This document shows, one piece after another, positions 50,058 to 60,326 of a stretch of 64,000 bases of DNA (its first letter is position 1; each line of letters begins with the position of its first letter). Source of the DNA: an uncultured virus (IMG/VR IMGVR_UViG_3300009034_000021) (Duplodnaviria; Heunggongvirae; Uroviricota; Caudoviricetes); IMG/VR virus record IMGVR_UViG_3300009034_000021, positions 1 through 64,000 of that record, one strand, 5' to 3'. The notes beneath the pieces were generated by a model. It was not told where the DNA came from and did not search any database. It was given only the letters and a program-made list of their open reading frames with translations. The translations under genes were made by a program, and so were the position numbers.

Positions 50058-50501
50058 TTACAGCGGCTCATAGTCCCTCCTATACATTTTTCCATTTACT
50101 GAGTTCTCAGTAATGACCTCTATTTTTATACCTTTGCCGACCGCATTCCATTCTTTTGCCGTTTCGTGCCCGACTTCTATAAGCACATTATTTGCCTTCA
50201 TCCATTCTATCGTCTCAGTATCGCCGGCGCAATCCGCTACTAGGAATTGCTCCCACTTGCCGCCTTCCGGCCTGACGAACCATACCTTGCCGATAGCATC
50301 GCAACTCAAAACGGCGATATAACCACTCACACCATCGGGCAGGTCGGCGGGCAACTGGCCCCAGCCCTGACGGTTCGCGACGACGTGCTCCATGACATTA
50401 GGCGCGTACTGGGAGGCGATGCCGAACTGGATTGGCACGATACCGGATTGTATTACTGCAATAGCGACGATAGCAATTTTAGCTATGTTAATCAACTCCA
50501 T
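50058..50501 (-). CDS. Secreted DPBB/RlpA-like protein
   Basis: N-terminal hydrophobic stretch; GIASQY, YIAV, FLVADC, IEVG. Confidence 0.5.
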   Translation of the reverse strand: MELINIAKIAIVAIAVIQSGIVPIQFGIASQYAPNVMEHVVANRQGWGQLPADLPDGVSGYIAVLSCDAIGKVWFVRPEGGKWEQFLVADCAGDTETIEWMKANNVLIEVGHETAKEWNAVGKGIKIEVITENSVNGKMYRRDYEPL

Positions 50502-50535
50502 TTCCAGTATAGGAATAATCTCAGTTTTTCACGTA

Positions 50536-50844
50536 CTAGCACACCAACCTCCATTCTAGTTCAGTTCCTTCCTCGATCCGCCTTACAAACCCGTCCCTAT
50601 TCAGACTATTGAGCAAATAAAACGTCTCGCCTGCCCTCCAGCCAAATCGCTCGGCGATTATCCGAGACGGCGCACCGCCGTTTTCGGCCAGGAAAGCCAA
50701 AATGCGACATTTGTCCTCTCGTCGGCCATTGCTGCCCAGTGCCAGCCGATACGGACAGCGTGGGTCGTGTTCGTTACAACCGTGCGGCACGGGACAGCTA
50801 AAACAGAGACGTTCGAGATCGGTTAGTTCAGTGTTTATGTCCAT
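50536..50844 (-). CDS. Cys-cluster + winged HTH protein
   Basis: CFSCPVPHGC..C; ILAFL..IAERFG..LNSL..GFV. Confidence 0.55.
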   Translation of the reverse strand: MDINTELTDLERLCFSCPVPHGCNEHDPRCPYRLALGSNGRREDKCRILAFLAENGGAPSRIIAERFGWRAGETFYLLNSLNRDGFVRRIEEGTELEWRLVC

Positions 50845-51214
50845 ATCGTATTTAGACGATCCTCGTGTCGCCCTTGGTCACACGATATGTCACCCATCCA
50901 TCGGTGATGGTCACATGTGCCTTTGGCCCAAAAGTTAACGTTCGGGCTACTCGGGCGGCCCTCGCGGTCAGTTTGTCGAATTTTTCTAATTTGATGTGCT
51001 TCGTCTGGCGTCGTCTTTCGTTAGTCACTTTTACTATGATTGCCACCCATTATGCTCCTTCATACCTGCTATTGTAAGCTATCCTGGCCTTACCGGTGAT
51101 GACTTGCACAGTTTCCTTCAAAGTGAACTGTCGTCTGGCAAACCAGTACAGAGCCTCGCAGATTTCTATGATTCTCAAGAATCCAACTAATATCTTTTTC
51201 ATTTCGTCGCTTTC

Positions 51215-53065
51215 TCAATTCACAAAATATAATTCCGACTTGCTCCTCGTCAGTGCAACATACTCAATATTACGTTCCTGCTGCCGTTCCCAGGTCGCTC
51301 TCGCCTTCGGGTGCGGCATCAGGTCGGGCCGCAGGACAAACACACGATCCGCCTCGCCGCCCTTCGCCTTATGCACGCTGGAGAACGTCACGCCCTCGGC
51401 GTCATCGCTGAAAACTTGACTGACTTTGCGCTCCAGTTGGGCGACAGTGCTGCAACCGTCTGACAAGGCGACAATGGTTTCAACCCTATCTCGCAGCGAT
51501 TGTGCTCTCATGCTCTTGCCCAGCCGGTTGAGCTTGCGGACTTCTTTCTTACTATATTCCATCAGGGCGTCAAGCGTATCGGCCAGGCTGTAGACACGTC
51601 GTTTCTTTTGCACTTTCTTGACCAGGTCCATCAAGCCCTTGCCGATGTCTCTGCCGAGGATGACGGCCTTGACGCCACGTCGGATAAGACTAAAGGCTGG
51701 CTCAATTAACGGTGCGTTGCATCGGCAGAGCACCAAGTCATTGACCTGCACTATATTCAGGAATTCATAGCTGGAGATGTCCTTGATTGTGCCTTCTTGT
51801 GCCCAGTCAGCCGCCTCAATGTGCGGCACGAGCCGCTGGGCTAGTGCAACATGAGACGTTGGGCAACGGTAGGATATACTGAGTGGTAACACTGTGGCGT
51901 CTAGCGCCGCAATGATATTCGGCATCGCGTCCACGTCGGCACCACGAAAGCCGTAAATTGACTGGAATTCATCACCCACGGCGATTATCCTGCCGTCATC
52001 TTTGATAGACCTTAGTGCCATTGCAATCTGTGCCTTGTTTAAGTCTTGGCACTCATCAACGAATAAAAAGTCAAATTTTTCACAAGGCGCGATGCCTGTC
52101 GCCGAGAAGAATATCATGTCGTCGTAGTCTATGACTTCAGTCTGTTCAATGGACTTTTCGTAGACTAGTTTGACTAAGTGGTGGATCGTATCAGTATTGC
52201 CGTTAGTCTCAATATTCCACCGGTCGGCGATCCACTCCAAGTTCTCTGGCATCGGCTTTCGCAGGGTCGCCTTGCATAAGCTAACCAGATGTGAGATTGA
52301 CTGGCCGTTCGTCTGCAAGGTGTCATAAACCTGATAGTCTCCTCCCGCAATTTCTGCGGCGGTATCGGCGATGATATGCCACAGTTTGCGTGGTTCAACC
52401 TCAACTTTGCCGAGCGCGCTGCGGATGTTGCCATATCCCAGGCTGTGCAAAGTTGAAACATGCACATGCTCTGGCGCACGCTTCGCGAGCTCTTTGGCAA
52501 TGTGGCGATTGAAAGCCACGAATGCTACCTTGTCGTCTGGCGAAGTGAACTTGAGTCCTTCAACGAGAGCAGTGGTTTTTCCAGACCCAGCAACGGCTTT
52601 GATGACACCATGTCCTGTGCCAGACTTGATGAATTCAAAGATAGCCTTTTGGTATTTTGAGGGCGTGAACACTTTCGATGCTGCCGGCGCAACTTGAGTC
52701 TTGCTACCATTCTTGCCATCTTCCAGCGCCAGTCGCCACAATTTCCTCAACTTGCCGGTCATCCTGTCCTGCCAGCCTGGCTTGCGTGTCGTCCAGGCAT
52801 CCAGCTTGCCCAAGGCGAACCACTTATCAACCTTGCGATAGTGATACTCCACCCACAGCCTGATGCTGTCCTTGCCAGTGCTGGCGGACTTGTCATTGCG
52901 CCTGACTGAACTGCGGATCATGATCCGCTTGTTCGTCTCAGGTATTGGGATGCGATAGGCATGCTCGCCTTGCACAAGACCAGTATATTTCCATAATGGC
53001 TCGCCGGTCTCTTTGTGGGTGGGTAGTGCTTGTTCAAACTGTTCTCTCGTAAAAGTTTCTATCAT
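51215..53065 (-). CDS. SF1 (UvrD/Rep-like) DNA helicase with an N-terminal extra domain
   Basis: AVAGSGKTT, FVDECQD, AVGDEFQSIYGFRG, SYRC, SVHKAKGGE, YVALTR. Confidence 0.92.
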   Translation of the reverse strand: MIETFTREQFEQALPTHKETGEPLWKYTGLVQGEHAYRIPIPETNKRIMIRSSVRRNDKSASTGKDSIRLWVEYHYRKVDKWFALGKLDAWTTRKPGWQDRMTGKLRKLWRLALEDGKNGSKTQVAPAASKVFTPSKYQKAIFEFIKSGTGHGVIKAVAGSGKTTALVEGLKFTSPDDKVAFVAFNRHIAKELAKRAPEHVHVSTLHSLGYGNIRSALGKVEVEPRKLWHIIADTAAEIAGGDYQVYDTLQTNGQSISHLVSLCKATLRKPMPENLEWIADRWNIETNGNTDTIHHLVKLVYEKSIEQTEVIDYDDMIFFSATGIAPCEKFDFLFVDECQDLNKAQIAMALRSIKDDGRIIAVGDEFQSIYGFRGADVDAMPNIIAALDATVLPLSISYRCPTSHVALAQRLVPHIEAADWAQEGTIKDISSYEFLNIVQVNDLVLCRCNAPLIEPAFSLIRRGVKAVILGRDIGKGLMDLVKKVQKKRRVYSLADTLDALMEYSKKEVRKLNRLGKSMRAQSLRDRVETIVALSDGCSTVAQLERKVSQVFSDDAEGVTFSSVHKAKGGEADRVFVLRPDLMPHPKARATWERQQERNIEYVALTRSKSELYFVN

Positions 53066-53706
53066 GGCTTCTCCTCTGGTCGGCGGCCCCGATCCGTCGG
53101 CGGGCGAGGTCTGCCAGCTCTGGCACAATCTCAAAGAAAGGCAGATGGGGATGACTCAATATTTTGCAGACAATAGCGATTGCGCTATCGTTGTGGATAA
53201 TCAAATTTATAAGCCTTTGCTGAGCTTTTGAGTTTTTTGAGTTCATTGTAGTCCTTCAATCGATCTTTGTTGAGCCAGAAATATACTTGTCCTTCAGCCG
53301 TCGCTGTTCAGCCGACTTCTCGGCATTACTAGCGTCTGGATTCTGTAAGTACCACAAACTCCACTCTCGCCAGGCGTCTGGATGCTGGCTGATACACCAT
53401 GGCCTCTCGTGCGATTCGTGTTTTGGCGTGTATTTCATTACTGCCATTTGAATTGAAACCCTTTCTAACAGTCTGCCAGCCAGTTCCGAAGGCAGGCGAG
53501 GTTATAACATCACCTCAACCAGTCCGCGATCTTTATTCCCAGAGAAATGCTCAGTATGATCACTAATATCAAGGACAGCATTGCTTTTATCTCCCTTCTA
53601 GTTGGGCTACGATTTTTAACCCCAGAAAGATACCCAGAACAAGTACTGCTGTTATTGTGGCTAATCCGGCGATTTGCATTGTCTAACTCCTTTCTTGTTC
53701 TTGACT

Positions 53707-53748
53707 ATGGTGTATATAGATTATACACCATTTTCACAGTTTTGTCAA
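53707..53748 (-). promoter_or_regulatory. Consensus sigma70 promoter with an operator palindrome over the -10
   Basis: TTGACA-17-TATAAT. ATGGTGTATA-n5-TATACACCAT at 53707-53731. Confidence 0.85.
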
Positions 53749-54040
53749 GGGTGAGTTTTGGAATTCAGATACTCTCTAGTCCAGAATACAGTCGTTAAAA
53801 ATCAATGTAATATAGCCGCCTTCGTCCTCGCCGGCGAAAGGCGATCCGCTCAAACGCAGTAATCTACATAGTTTATATCCTTCGACTCTAAAGTGACACC
53901 CTGCCAAATCTGAGAGTAACTTTACTAAGAGAAAACTGTCTATTACGCCAGAAATTTTATAGTGTCCACTATCCAGTATCTCCGGTGGCCAATGGACCCG
54001 ACAAACGTATTTTCCATTGTAGGTGGTCAAGTCTTTTAAT

Positions 54041-54625
54041 TCAATTGTCATTGACGATCTCCAATAACGGATACTTTCCACACGGCCTAAACACCTCTGG
54101 ACACCTCTTGCCACGCCACTCACAACTCGCCTGACAAAACTGGCCGACGATCTTGAGAAAGGGGTCGTCACTACTCATCAATTCGGTCTTGATCGCCAGA
54201 ACAACTTCTCTGGTCTCCGGTGTAGCGCACTCGCACAACCGCACTTCCATCATACTGAGTAATGCTTCAAGGTTGAGCCTGTCGCGCGCATTGATGAGCG
54301 CGTCTTGAGGTGTTTTGCGCCTGTCGTATCCCACCGGACTGATGCTATCAGGTCTCTGCGAACGGATGAACCAGTTGTGTCCTATATGGTGACGCACGAG
54401 TTGCACGTGGACATAATAAGGCAGTCCTATCACGTCTATTTGCAACCTTACTGATCGGATTATACTGTGACGGCTGGTGAGAGCTTTTATCAGGAACGTC
54501 TCAGTTAAAGGAAATGGAGCTATTCCTTGTGTAAAAGCAGCGTCGCTGGAGATGTTGTCCCAGTCGTCTAAAAGTTGGATGTGGATTTTAGGTGACATTA
54601 TGCTCCTTGGTTTCGCTGTTTGCAA
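54041..54625 (-). CDS. thyX: FAD-dependent thymidylate synthase-like (short phage ThyX/Thy1)
   Basis: RHSIIR, QLVRHH..RSQR, NLEAL..RLC..A..E, C-terminal Cys cluster. Confidence 0.65.
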   Translation of the reverse strand: MQTAKPRSIMSPKIHIQLLDDWDNISSDAAFTQGIAPFPLTETFLIKALTSRHSIIRSVRLQIDVIGLPYYVHVQLVRHHIGHNWFIRSQRPDSISPVGYDRRKTPQDALINARDRLNLEALLSMMEVRLCECATPETREVVLAIKTELMSSDDPFLKIVGQFCQASCEWRGKRCPEVFRPCGKYPLLEIVNDN

Positions 54626-54657
54626 GGGTGGATTTTGGGCTAGTTATTTGATTTGTC

Positions 54658-55431
54658 TTATTCTTGTTCAGTTTCTCGCTCACACCACAAGCTAACTCCT
54701 CCCTTATCAAACCATTTTACATCCACTACTGTGGTATACTTTTCTTCATATAGACTTTTAAGGTACAAAGCAAATTTGTCAAAAGCAACAACCTCTGTGA
54801 AAATCTGTCTATCCCTGGCCCGTCTTGAGAGCCAGGCTTTTAACTGAGGTTGCCAGTTCCCTATATCGGAATTGCTGTACAATAACATTTCCTTGAATGG
54901 TATGTGGCAAATTGCTCTTTTGTCGTCGCCAGATTCTTCTACTCGATAGTTTCTTACTATTGCCTTTAATCTTTCAGTTTTGATTATGATTCCAACCTCG
55001 CCCCTGAATTCTTGACCGTCAAGCCAAATTATCCACCAGTCTGATTCTGTAGTAGCGAGACCCGATGGTTTTCCGCTACAACTTATTTCGATAGCCAACC
55101 TTCCAGTTTTACTAACTTCGTAATCTCGTTTAAATTCATATTTCCCTTTTGGAAAACTTTCGGCCTCTTGGCCATTTAGCAAATCTAAGTCCCATTCTTT
55201 GCCTGTGTCTTTGTGCCCAAAGAGTTCGGCTGTTTTGATTTCTGGCCTTGGTCGGGAATCATAGGCATACTTTAATATTTCTTCTTTAGCTAAAAGGTTT
55301 CGTTCTGTGCCAGGCTCTTTGTCAAGAGAATCAAAAATATACTTGAGCAAGACTAATTTAGCTTTTGAGGAGAGGTCATTAGTCAGTTTCTTGATAGAGC
55401 GAATAGCGACGATTTCAGGAACTTTACTCAA
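54658..55431 (-). CDS. PD-(D/E)xK nuclease-like protein
   Basis: WDL..YEFKRD..TGRLAIE..GKPSG..T.SDWW. Confidence 0.6.
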   Translation of the reverse strand: MSKVPEIVAIRSIKKLTNDLSSKAKLVLLKYIFDSLDKEPGTERNLLAKEEILKYAYDSRPRPEIKTAELFGHKDTGKEWDLDLLNGQEAESFPKGKYEFKRDYEVSKTGRLAIEISCSGKPSGLATTESDWWIIWLDGQEFRGEVGIIIKTERLKAIVRNYRVEESGDDKRAICHIPFKEMLLYSNSDIGNWQPQLKAWLSRRARDRQIFTEVVAFDKFALYLKSLYEEKYTTVVDVKWFDKGGVSLWCERETEQE

Positions 55432-56791
55432 TTGATACTCTTTTCATGGTGATAGCGCAAGCCTTAGATTGTAAATCAAAACCAATCCAACTTCTATTAG
55501 CTTCTATGGCTGCCTCAGCGGTCGTGCCGCTGCCGATAAAAGGGTCACAAACTATACCGTCCGGCGAACACGACGTTACAATTATTCGCTTAATGAGGTC
55601 AAGTGGCAGTTGGTTAGGCCAAGATGTTTTACTTTCGGAAACGTTCTTGACTAAGTTGTATTCCCACCAATCGTATGGGGTTGTTCCCTCTTTGCCCAGA
55701 TGCGCAACCCTCTTATCATTGGGATTTTTGTAAGGTTGTAAGTCCGCTTCGCCTTCAAAGAAAGCAGGCTTGTTGCCTCGTATGTAATAAAGAATAGTTC
55801 TATGCGAACGTCGCCAATTATCATTGGTTTGCCCGGTGTTTGACGGGTAGACCCATGAAAGCCAACGCTGGAAAGTGAAAAGTCCGTCGAGTTGCTGTTT
55901 CCACTGTGCTGCTACCTCTGGGTAGTGCATCAGGTAAAACGCACCACCAGGTTTTAGAACGCGGTATGCTCCCCAGAACCAATGCACGCACCAAGAAAGA
56001 TATTCGCTTTCTTCTTTTTTGTCCTTGAATCCCTCGCCGTAGTTCTTGCTTAGATTGTATGGTGGGTCAGCGAACACCAAATCAATGCTTGCCTCTGGCA
56101 GACCCATGAATCCTTCGAGGCAATCGACTTGATGAACTTTATTTAGTTCATAGACGCCAAGCGTGGGAATAGGTGGTGTCTTTGACTCGTCACTGGAAAT
56201 TTCTTGATTTTCTTCCTCGTCGATTTTTTGTTTTTCTTCTTCGTCACTGTCGGCTTCTGCTTCTTCGGCTTTCTCAGTTTCTTGGATTTCTTTTTTGGGT
56301 CGTTCTATGGTGCGAGGATATTCTCTGCCATCCTTTCCGATAAAGATTTTAACGATTCTAATTTGAAGACGTTCCTCAAGTTTTCTTCTGATTCTTTTGA
56401 CTGTATCCTGATGAACTCCTAAATCTACAGAAATCCAGTTATTAGTCCTTTCAAAATGCAGTTTCAGGAATTTTTCTATAACGCCTTGTCTCTCCTTGCG
56501 TGTGAGAGGCAGGCCATGTTTCAAATTGGCAAGCAAAGCGTACTCCTCGGCTTGCTCCAGAGTACCAAACCTGGCTTCAACTTCTATCTCCTCCAACTTC
56601 AGAATCTCGGCAGCACGATAGCGATGCCAGCCATCTACTAACAAGTAATTACTTTTGTCTGGTATCTTAAAGACTACGATTGGTGGTAGTTGGTCAAAGC
56701 AATCTGCATAACCTTTCGCAATTTCAACATCGGTTTTAGTTCTTGGGCTTAGTTTACTATCTCTTTCAATCTGCTTCAATCTCAGCTTCAT
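55424..56791 (-). CDS. ParB-like domain fused to a beta-class N4/N6 DNA methyltransferase
   Basis: LPPIVV..LVDGWHR (ParB); DPPYN precedes DPFIGSGTT. Confidence 0.9.
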   Translation of the reverse strand: MKLRLKQIERDSKLSPRTKTDVEIAKGYADCFDQLPPIVVFKIPDKSNYLLVDGWHRYRAAEILKLEEIEVEARFGTLEQAEEYALLANLKHGLPLTRKERQGVIEKFLKLHFERTNNWISVDLGVHQDTVKRIRRKLEERLQIRIVKIFIGKDGREYPRTIERPKKEIQETEKAEEAEADSDEEEKQKIDEEENQEISSDESKTPPIPTLGVYELNKVHQVDCLEGFMGLPEASIDLVFADPPYNLSKNYGEGFKDKKEESEYLSWCVHWFWGAYRVLKPGGAFYLMHYPEVAAQWKQQLDGLFTFQRWLSWVYPSNTGQTNDNWRRSHRTILYYIRGNKPAFFEGEADLQPYKNPNDKRVAHLGKEGTTPYDWWEYNLVKNVSESKTSWPNQLPLDLIKRIIVTSCSPDGIVCDPFIGSGTTAEAAIEANRSWIGFDLQSKACAITMKRVSIE

Positions 56792-56825
56792 TACAATCTC
56801 CTAGTCTGTGTTGTGCTTCTCTTAG

Positions 56826-56904
56826 TTAATAGTTAATTAATTAATCACTAGATATATAGTCTTTGGCTCCTATATAATCAGGTTTCTAATTAATTAACTA
56901 TTAA
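56826..56904. repeat. AT-rich 18-bp perfect inverted repeat
   Basis: TTAATAGTTAATTAATTA (56826-43) / TAATTAATTAACTATTAA (56887-904). Confidence 0.85.
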
Positions 56905-57469
56905 TTAACTTCCAGTAGCCGCGTCTCGCGTTGCCGGAATATCCTTTCCGGCTGGCTATATTTTTCATCAAATTCCAGTCGTCTTCACTGGTCACAATGC
57001 CTTTGACTTCTGCTGCCTGTCTGATACTGTCCACTTCAACTTCCATGCCGCCGGCCAGTGTATAGCCGATCCAGTCCTCCATAACCTTGCTTTTTGCTCT
57101 GGGTGTGGGTAGCTGAAGCTGATAATTCTCAAGAAAGCTTTCGTGGTCTATCTCGTTTTCTTCACAGAACTGTTTGAATTCTTCTAGGGTGCTTTGTTCG
57201 TAGATGTACTCAAGTTGTCCCTTTTCAATGACTCTGGCTTGCTTCTCCAGCCATTTTCTAGATATTGCAAAAGCTCGTTTATCTATCTTGCCCTCTAATT
57301 CTTTGGAGTTGGCAAGTAAATTCAAACCCTCCCTGAAGATGCGGTTTATTGCTTTTGTCCTGGAGTCTCCTAGTGCCGCCCAAACTTTGATGAATTTTTC
57401 ATCAGTTGCAAGTACTTCTTCTGGGCCGCCTTTGATGTAAGCAGGATAGACACGCAGCATCTCGGCCAT
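56894..57469 (-). CDS. Hypothetical protein (possible C-terminal wHTH)
   Basis: 191-aa ORF with SD AGGAG, preceded by a structured leader. Confidence 0.6.
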   Translation of the reverse strand: MAEMLRVYPAYIKGGPEEVLATDEKFIKVWAALGDSRTKAINRIFREGLNLLANSKELEGKIDKRAFAISRKWLEKQARVIEKGQLEYIYEQSTLEEFKQFCEENEIDHESFLENYQLQLPTPRAKSKVMEDWIGYTLAGGMEVEVDSIRQAAEVKGIVTSEDDWNLMKNIASRKGYSGNARRGYWKLINS

Positions 57470-57490
57470 ACTAGTCTCCTAAAACGCAAA

Positions 57491-57630
57491 ACGTCTCTTG
57501 GTGACGGCCCCTCCGGTTGGCAAGAAGGGGGCTGGCGAACCCCTGACGAGAAAAGGGGTCGTCACCAAGAGACGTCTTTTAATAAAGTGAGTATTGTGCT
57601 GTGTTATCAATTTGCCAACCTTTCTCGTCA
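57491..57630 (-). ncRNA. C4/CI-like structured leader RNA
   Basis: 22-bp stem 57491-512/57554-575. Loop sequences are complementary to 57612-57630. Confidence 0.55.
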
Positions 57631-57699
57631 ATCTTATTTATTAAGCAACGGGTGCGCCATTCCCGCCGCCACGGGCCTGGGCCCGCCGAGGTTATTCTA

Positions 57700-57984
57700 T
57701 CACGAATCGCCTATCCTGTCAACCTGGCCGTCATACCCTGAGCTCGCCTGGTCTCTCACGACAATCGGCAGATATATGCTTAATCTCACCGGTGGCATCA
57801 ATGTTCTCACAGGCACAACCGTCACCGGAACCGTAGGCATCGCCGTAGGCCAAACTCTCGTCTCGCCTGTGGGCCAAGTTTTCGTCGGCCAAGGTGTGGG
57901 TTCGTTTGCTAACACATTGCTAAGACCTAAGATACACGTTACAAACGTAATTAACAACAGCAACCTAAATTTCTTACACAGCAT
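57700..57984 (-). CDS. Secreted Pro/Thr-rich protein with a YLPIV motif
   Basis: Signal peptide, PT repeats, SIYLPIVVR. Confidence 0.6.
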   Translation of the reverse strand: MLCKKFRLLLLITFVTCILGLSNVLANEPTPWPTKTWPTGETRVWPTAMPTVPVTVVPVRTLMPPVRLSIYLPIVVRDQASSGYDGQVDRIGDS

Positions 57985-58003
57985 TTTTATCCTCTACTTA
58001 AAT

Positions 58004-59439
58004 TCAATCTAGTGCAGCCGCTTCGCCGAATTCCTTGACGAATTTCTCTACCATCTTGGTTAGCTCTGCATACGATACATCCTTGCTGTTGCGCGAAACA
58101 GGAAAGTGAAAGTCCCAATCACAAAATGACGCCAGGATCGCGTTTAGGCTGCCCTTTGCGCGCTCCCATTCCATGTAGCGTGTTGCTAAAATTATCTGTC
58201 TGTTCGTCGTCATCGTTATTCCTTTGTCTAGTCGTCTTCGGACGGTATCGGCCATTCGTGTCCTGCTAAGCTCGCCACTTCAACTCCGCATTCTGGGCAA
58301 ACATGCTTAAACACCTTGCCGGTGGTCGAGCTTTCAACAGGATTCATCTTCGTGCCACATTTCGGACAAATCTCGTCTTTAGACATTTTTGCGACCTTTC
58401 CAAGTCATTTTGGCTTTTTCCCGTAGCCGCCCTTCGGCGTCGTCTGTTTGATTGGTTTTGACCCACCCTTCGGTTTTCTTTTCGTCACGTTGCCTTCTCC
58501 TTTCTCAATGATGCGCCGAGTGCGCATGCCGTTTTGATCTCACGACATGACGGCGCGAATGTTTTGGCCTGGTGCGCTTGAATTTGCTAGAATGTCGCCG
58601 TTGCTTCGCTCGCTTGCGCCGAGCTATAGCCGTCCTGACTGCAAATTTGATTGCTGGCTTGTCAATACTTCGCCCGTGTCGTCCGGTCGCGCCCGGAAAC
58701 TCACTATATGCCATGCTCATCTGGACCTCCTTCGCTTGAATAGGCTATCAAGGTTGGGCAAGATGTGTTCCTCCCGTTTGAGTGCTCCACATTTCGTACA
58801 TATGTACTGCCGCTTTTGTATGGCACTAGAGGCGGATACCTTTCGTATTACAGTATCAGTCTCAGCCTTGCAATTTCTACAGTACATGATTTTCCTCATG
58901 ACTTAAAGCCGCCAGGCGGTCTGCAAGTTGGTAAAAATAGTGTTCGTACAGCACAATCGTTGCTTCGGATATCGTACCCTTTTCATTGCTTTCTAATCTG
59001 TCAGCCAATGCATTGAAACTCAGTTGGCGCAGTCTGTCACTGGCCTCCAGGACGACGTTACTATTACTCATGGCTTACCTTTTCCTCCCTGTGCCATACA
59101 CGTTTCATTGTACTCCTCCGTAATATGACGTGATAGGTATGCTGCCTTCAACTCATCAGGATAGTTAGCATTAAACTCTTCTAATGAATATTCATCGCAA
59201 TCTGTTTCAATAATTAAAATACGCCTAGCGCCGTAACAGTACGATTGCCATTCCTCGATCTCTGGATAATCTTCTCTCATTGCTCTATCAAGTTCTTCAT
59301 CGCAACCCATTTTTATTGCACGATTGCAATCGCAGGCACCGTTACCTTCCGCCCACCAAAATGGCGAAAAACTTGAATCAAACATTCTTTTATTTCCTGT
59401 TTGTGTATCAAGTAATGTGACTTTCATTTTGCCTTTCAA
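58004..59439 (-). other. Small hypothetical genes (58004-58255, 58505-58720, 58717-58899 Zn ribbon, 58877-59071, 59068-59439)
   Basis: Co-oriented, overlapping short ORFs. Confidence 0.5.
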
Positions 59440-59700
59440 GGTTTCGTGTGTCCATTAGGCAGTTAATCCTCCTCCACGCCACCGCAGCCCATTTTGCTTT
59501 CCCAGACTACCGTCAAGCTGGCTATCCCACCCTTGCTTTACTCCAGCCCCGTGAGTATCCCGTCACGAGTAGTCCAGGAGTTTCTTGTTTAAGAAACAGG
59601 GCTGAGGAGTAGAAGACCACAGCCAAGTACACATATTGTCAATAGCAGAAGTATTAGAAATGTTTTCATTGAGCTTGCGCCTTCTAGTAATTATGTCAGA

Positions 59701-59815
59701 ACTGCGGGCCGGCTACCCCACCCTGCCGGCTCCCTTTCGCTACTCGTGAGATTATTCGCCAGGTCGGCAGTTCCTGGCGCGCCCACACCCTGGCGTCTGC
59801 CAACGCCACCGCAGT
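59701..59815 (-). ncRNA. tRNA-like structured RNA (non-canonical)
   Basis: Acceptor ACTGCGG/CCGCAGT, D-arm GCG-TTGGCAGA-CGC, T-like stem GCCGG/CCGGC; no normal anticodon arm. Confidence 0.5.
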
Positions 59816-59820
59816 CTGTC

Positions 59821-60315
59821 TCACTTTTTCTTGCTGCCAGTATCCTGCCGTGTTCCCAACACTTGCTCCACGGCTGACAAGGCTGTCAAAAAACCCTTCC
59901 TGAAGATGGCAACGCCAGGATGGTCAGGGAAATTATCCGCCAAGTCTTTGTTGGCTTTATCAATACCATTGAGCACACTTTGTATGTCTTCCCGTGAGTG
60001 AACTTCGGATCGAACCTTGGTCCGTTTCATGGCTGTCTTTCTCCTTTTCTAGTATTATTTGAATGGGCAACTCTTGATGTACACGTCGGCAGAATCAACG
60101 CCCCATTCTGTCACGGTCCCCGAGTGGCCCGAACACCCGTGCATCCGCAAGTCGGAGGGAGTGACCCACTCGTATCTATCGCAATAGAACCACGACTTGC
60201 GAATTTTGATGTGGTAGCACTTCTCTTGTGGGTCACCACATCCAAGTAGTAGGAATGCTAAAATTAAGATCAATAGCAAGATGAACCATGGAGAACGTAG
60301 AGTTTGCTTGGTCAT
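59821..60315 (-). other. Two small genes (59821-60030 hypothetical; 60055-60315 lipoprotein)
   Basis: Lipobox LLLGC in the second ORF. Confidence 0.55.
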
Positions 60316-60326
60316 ATCATCTCCTT

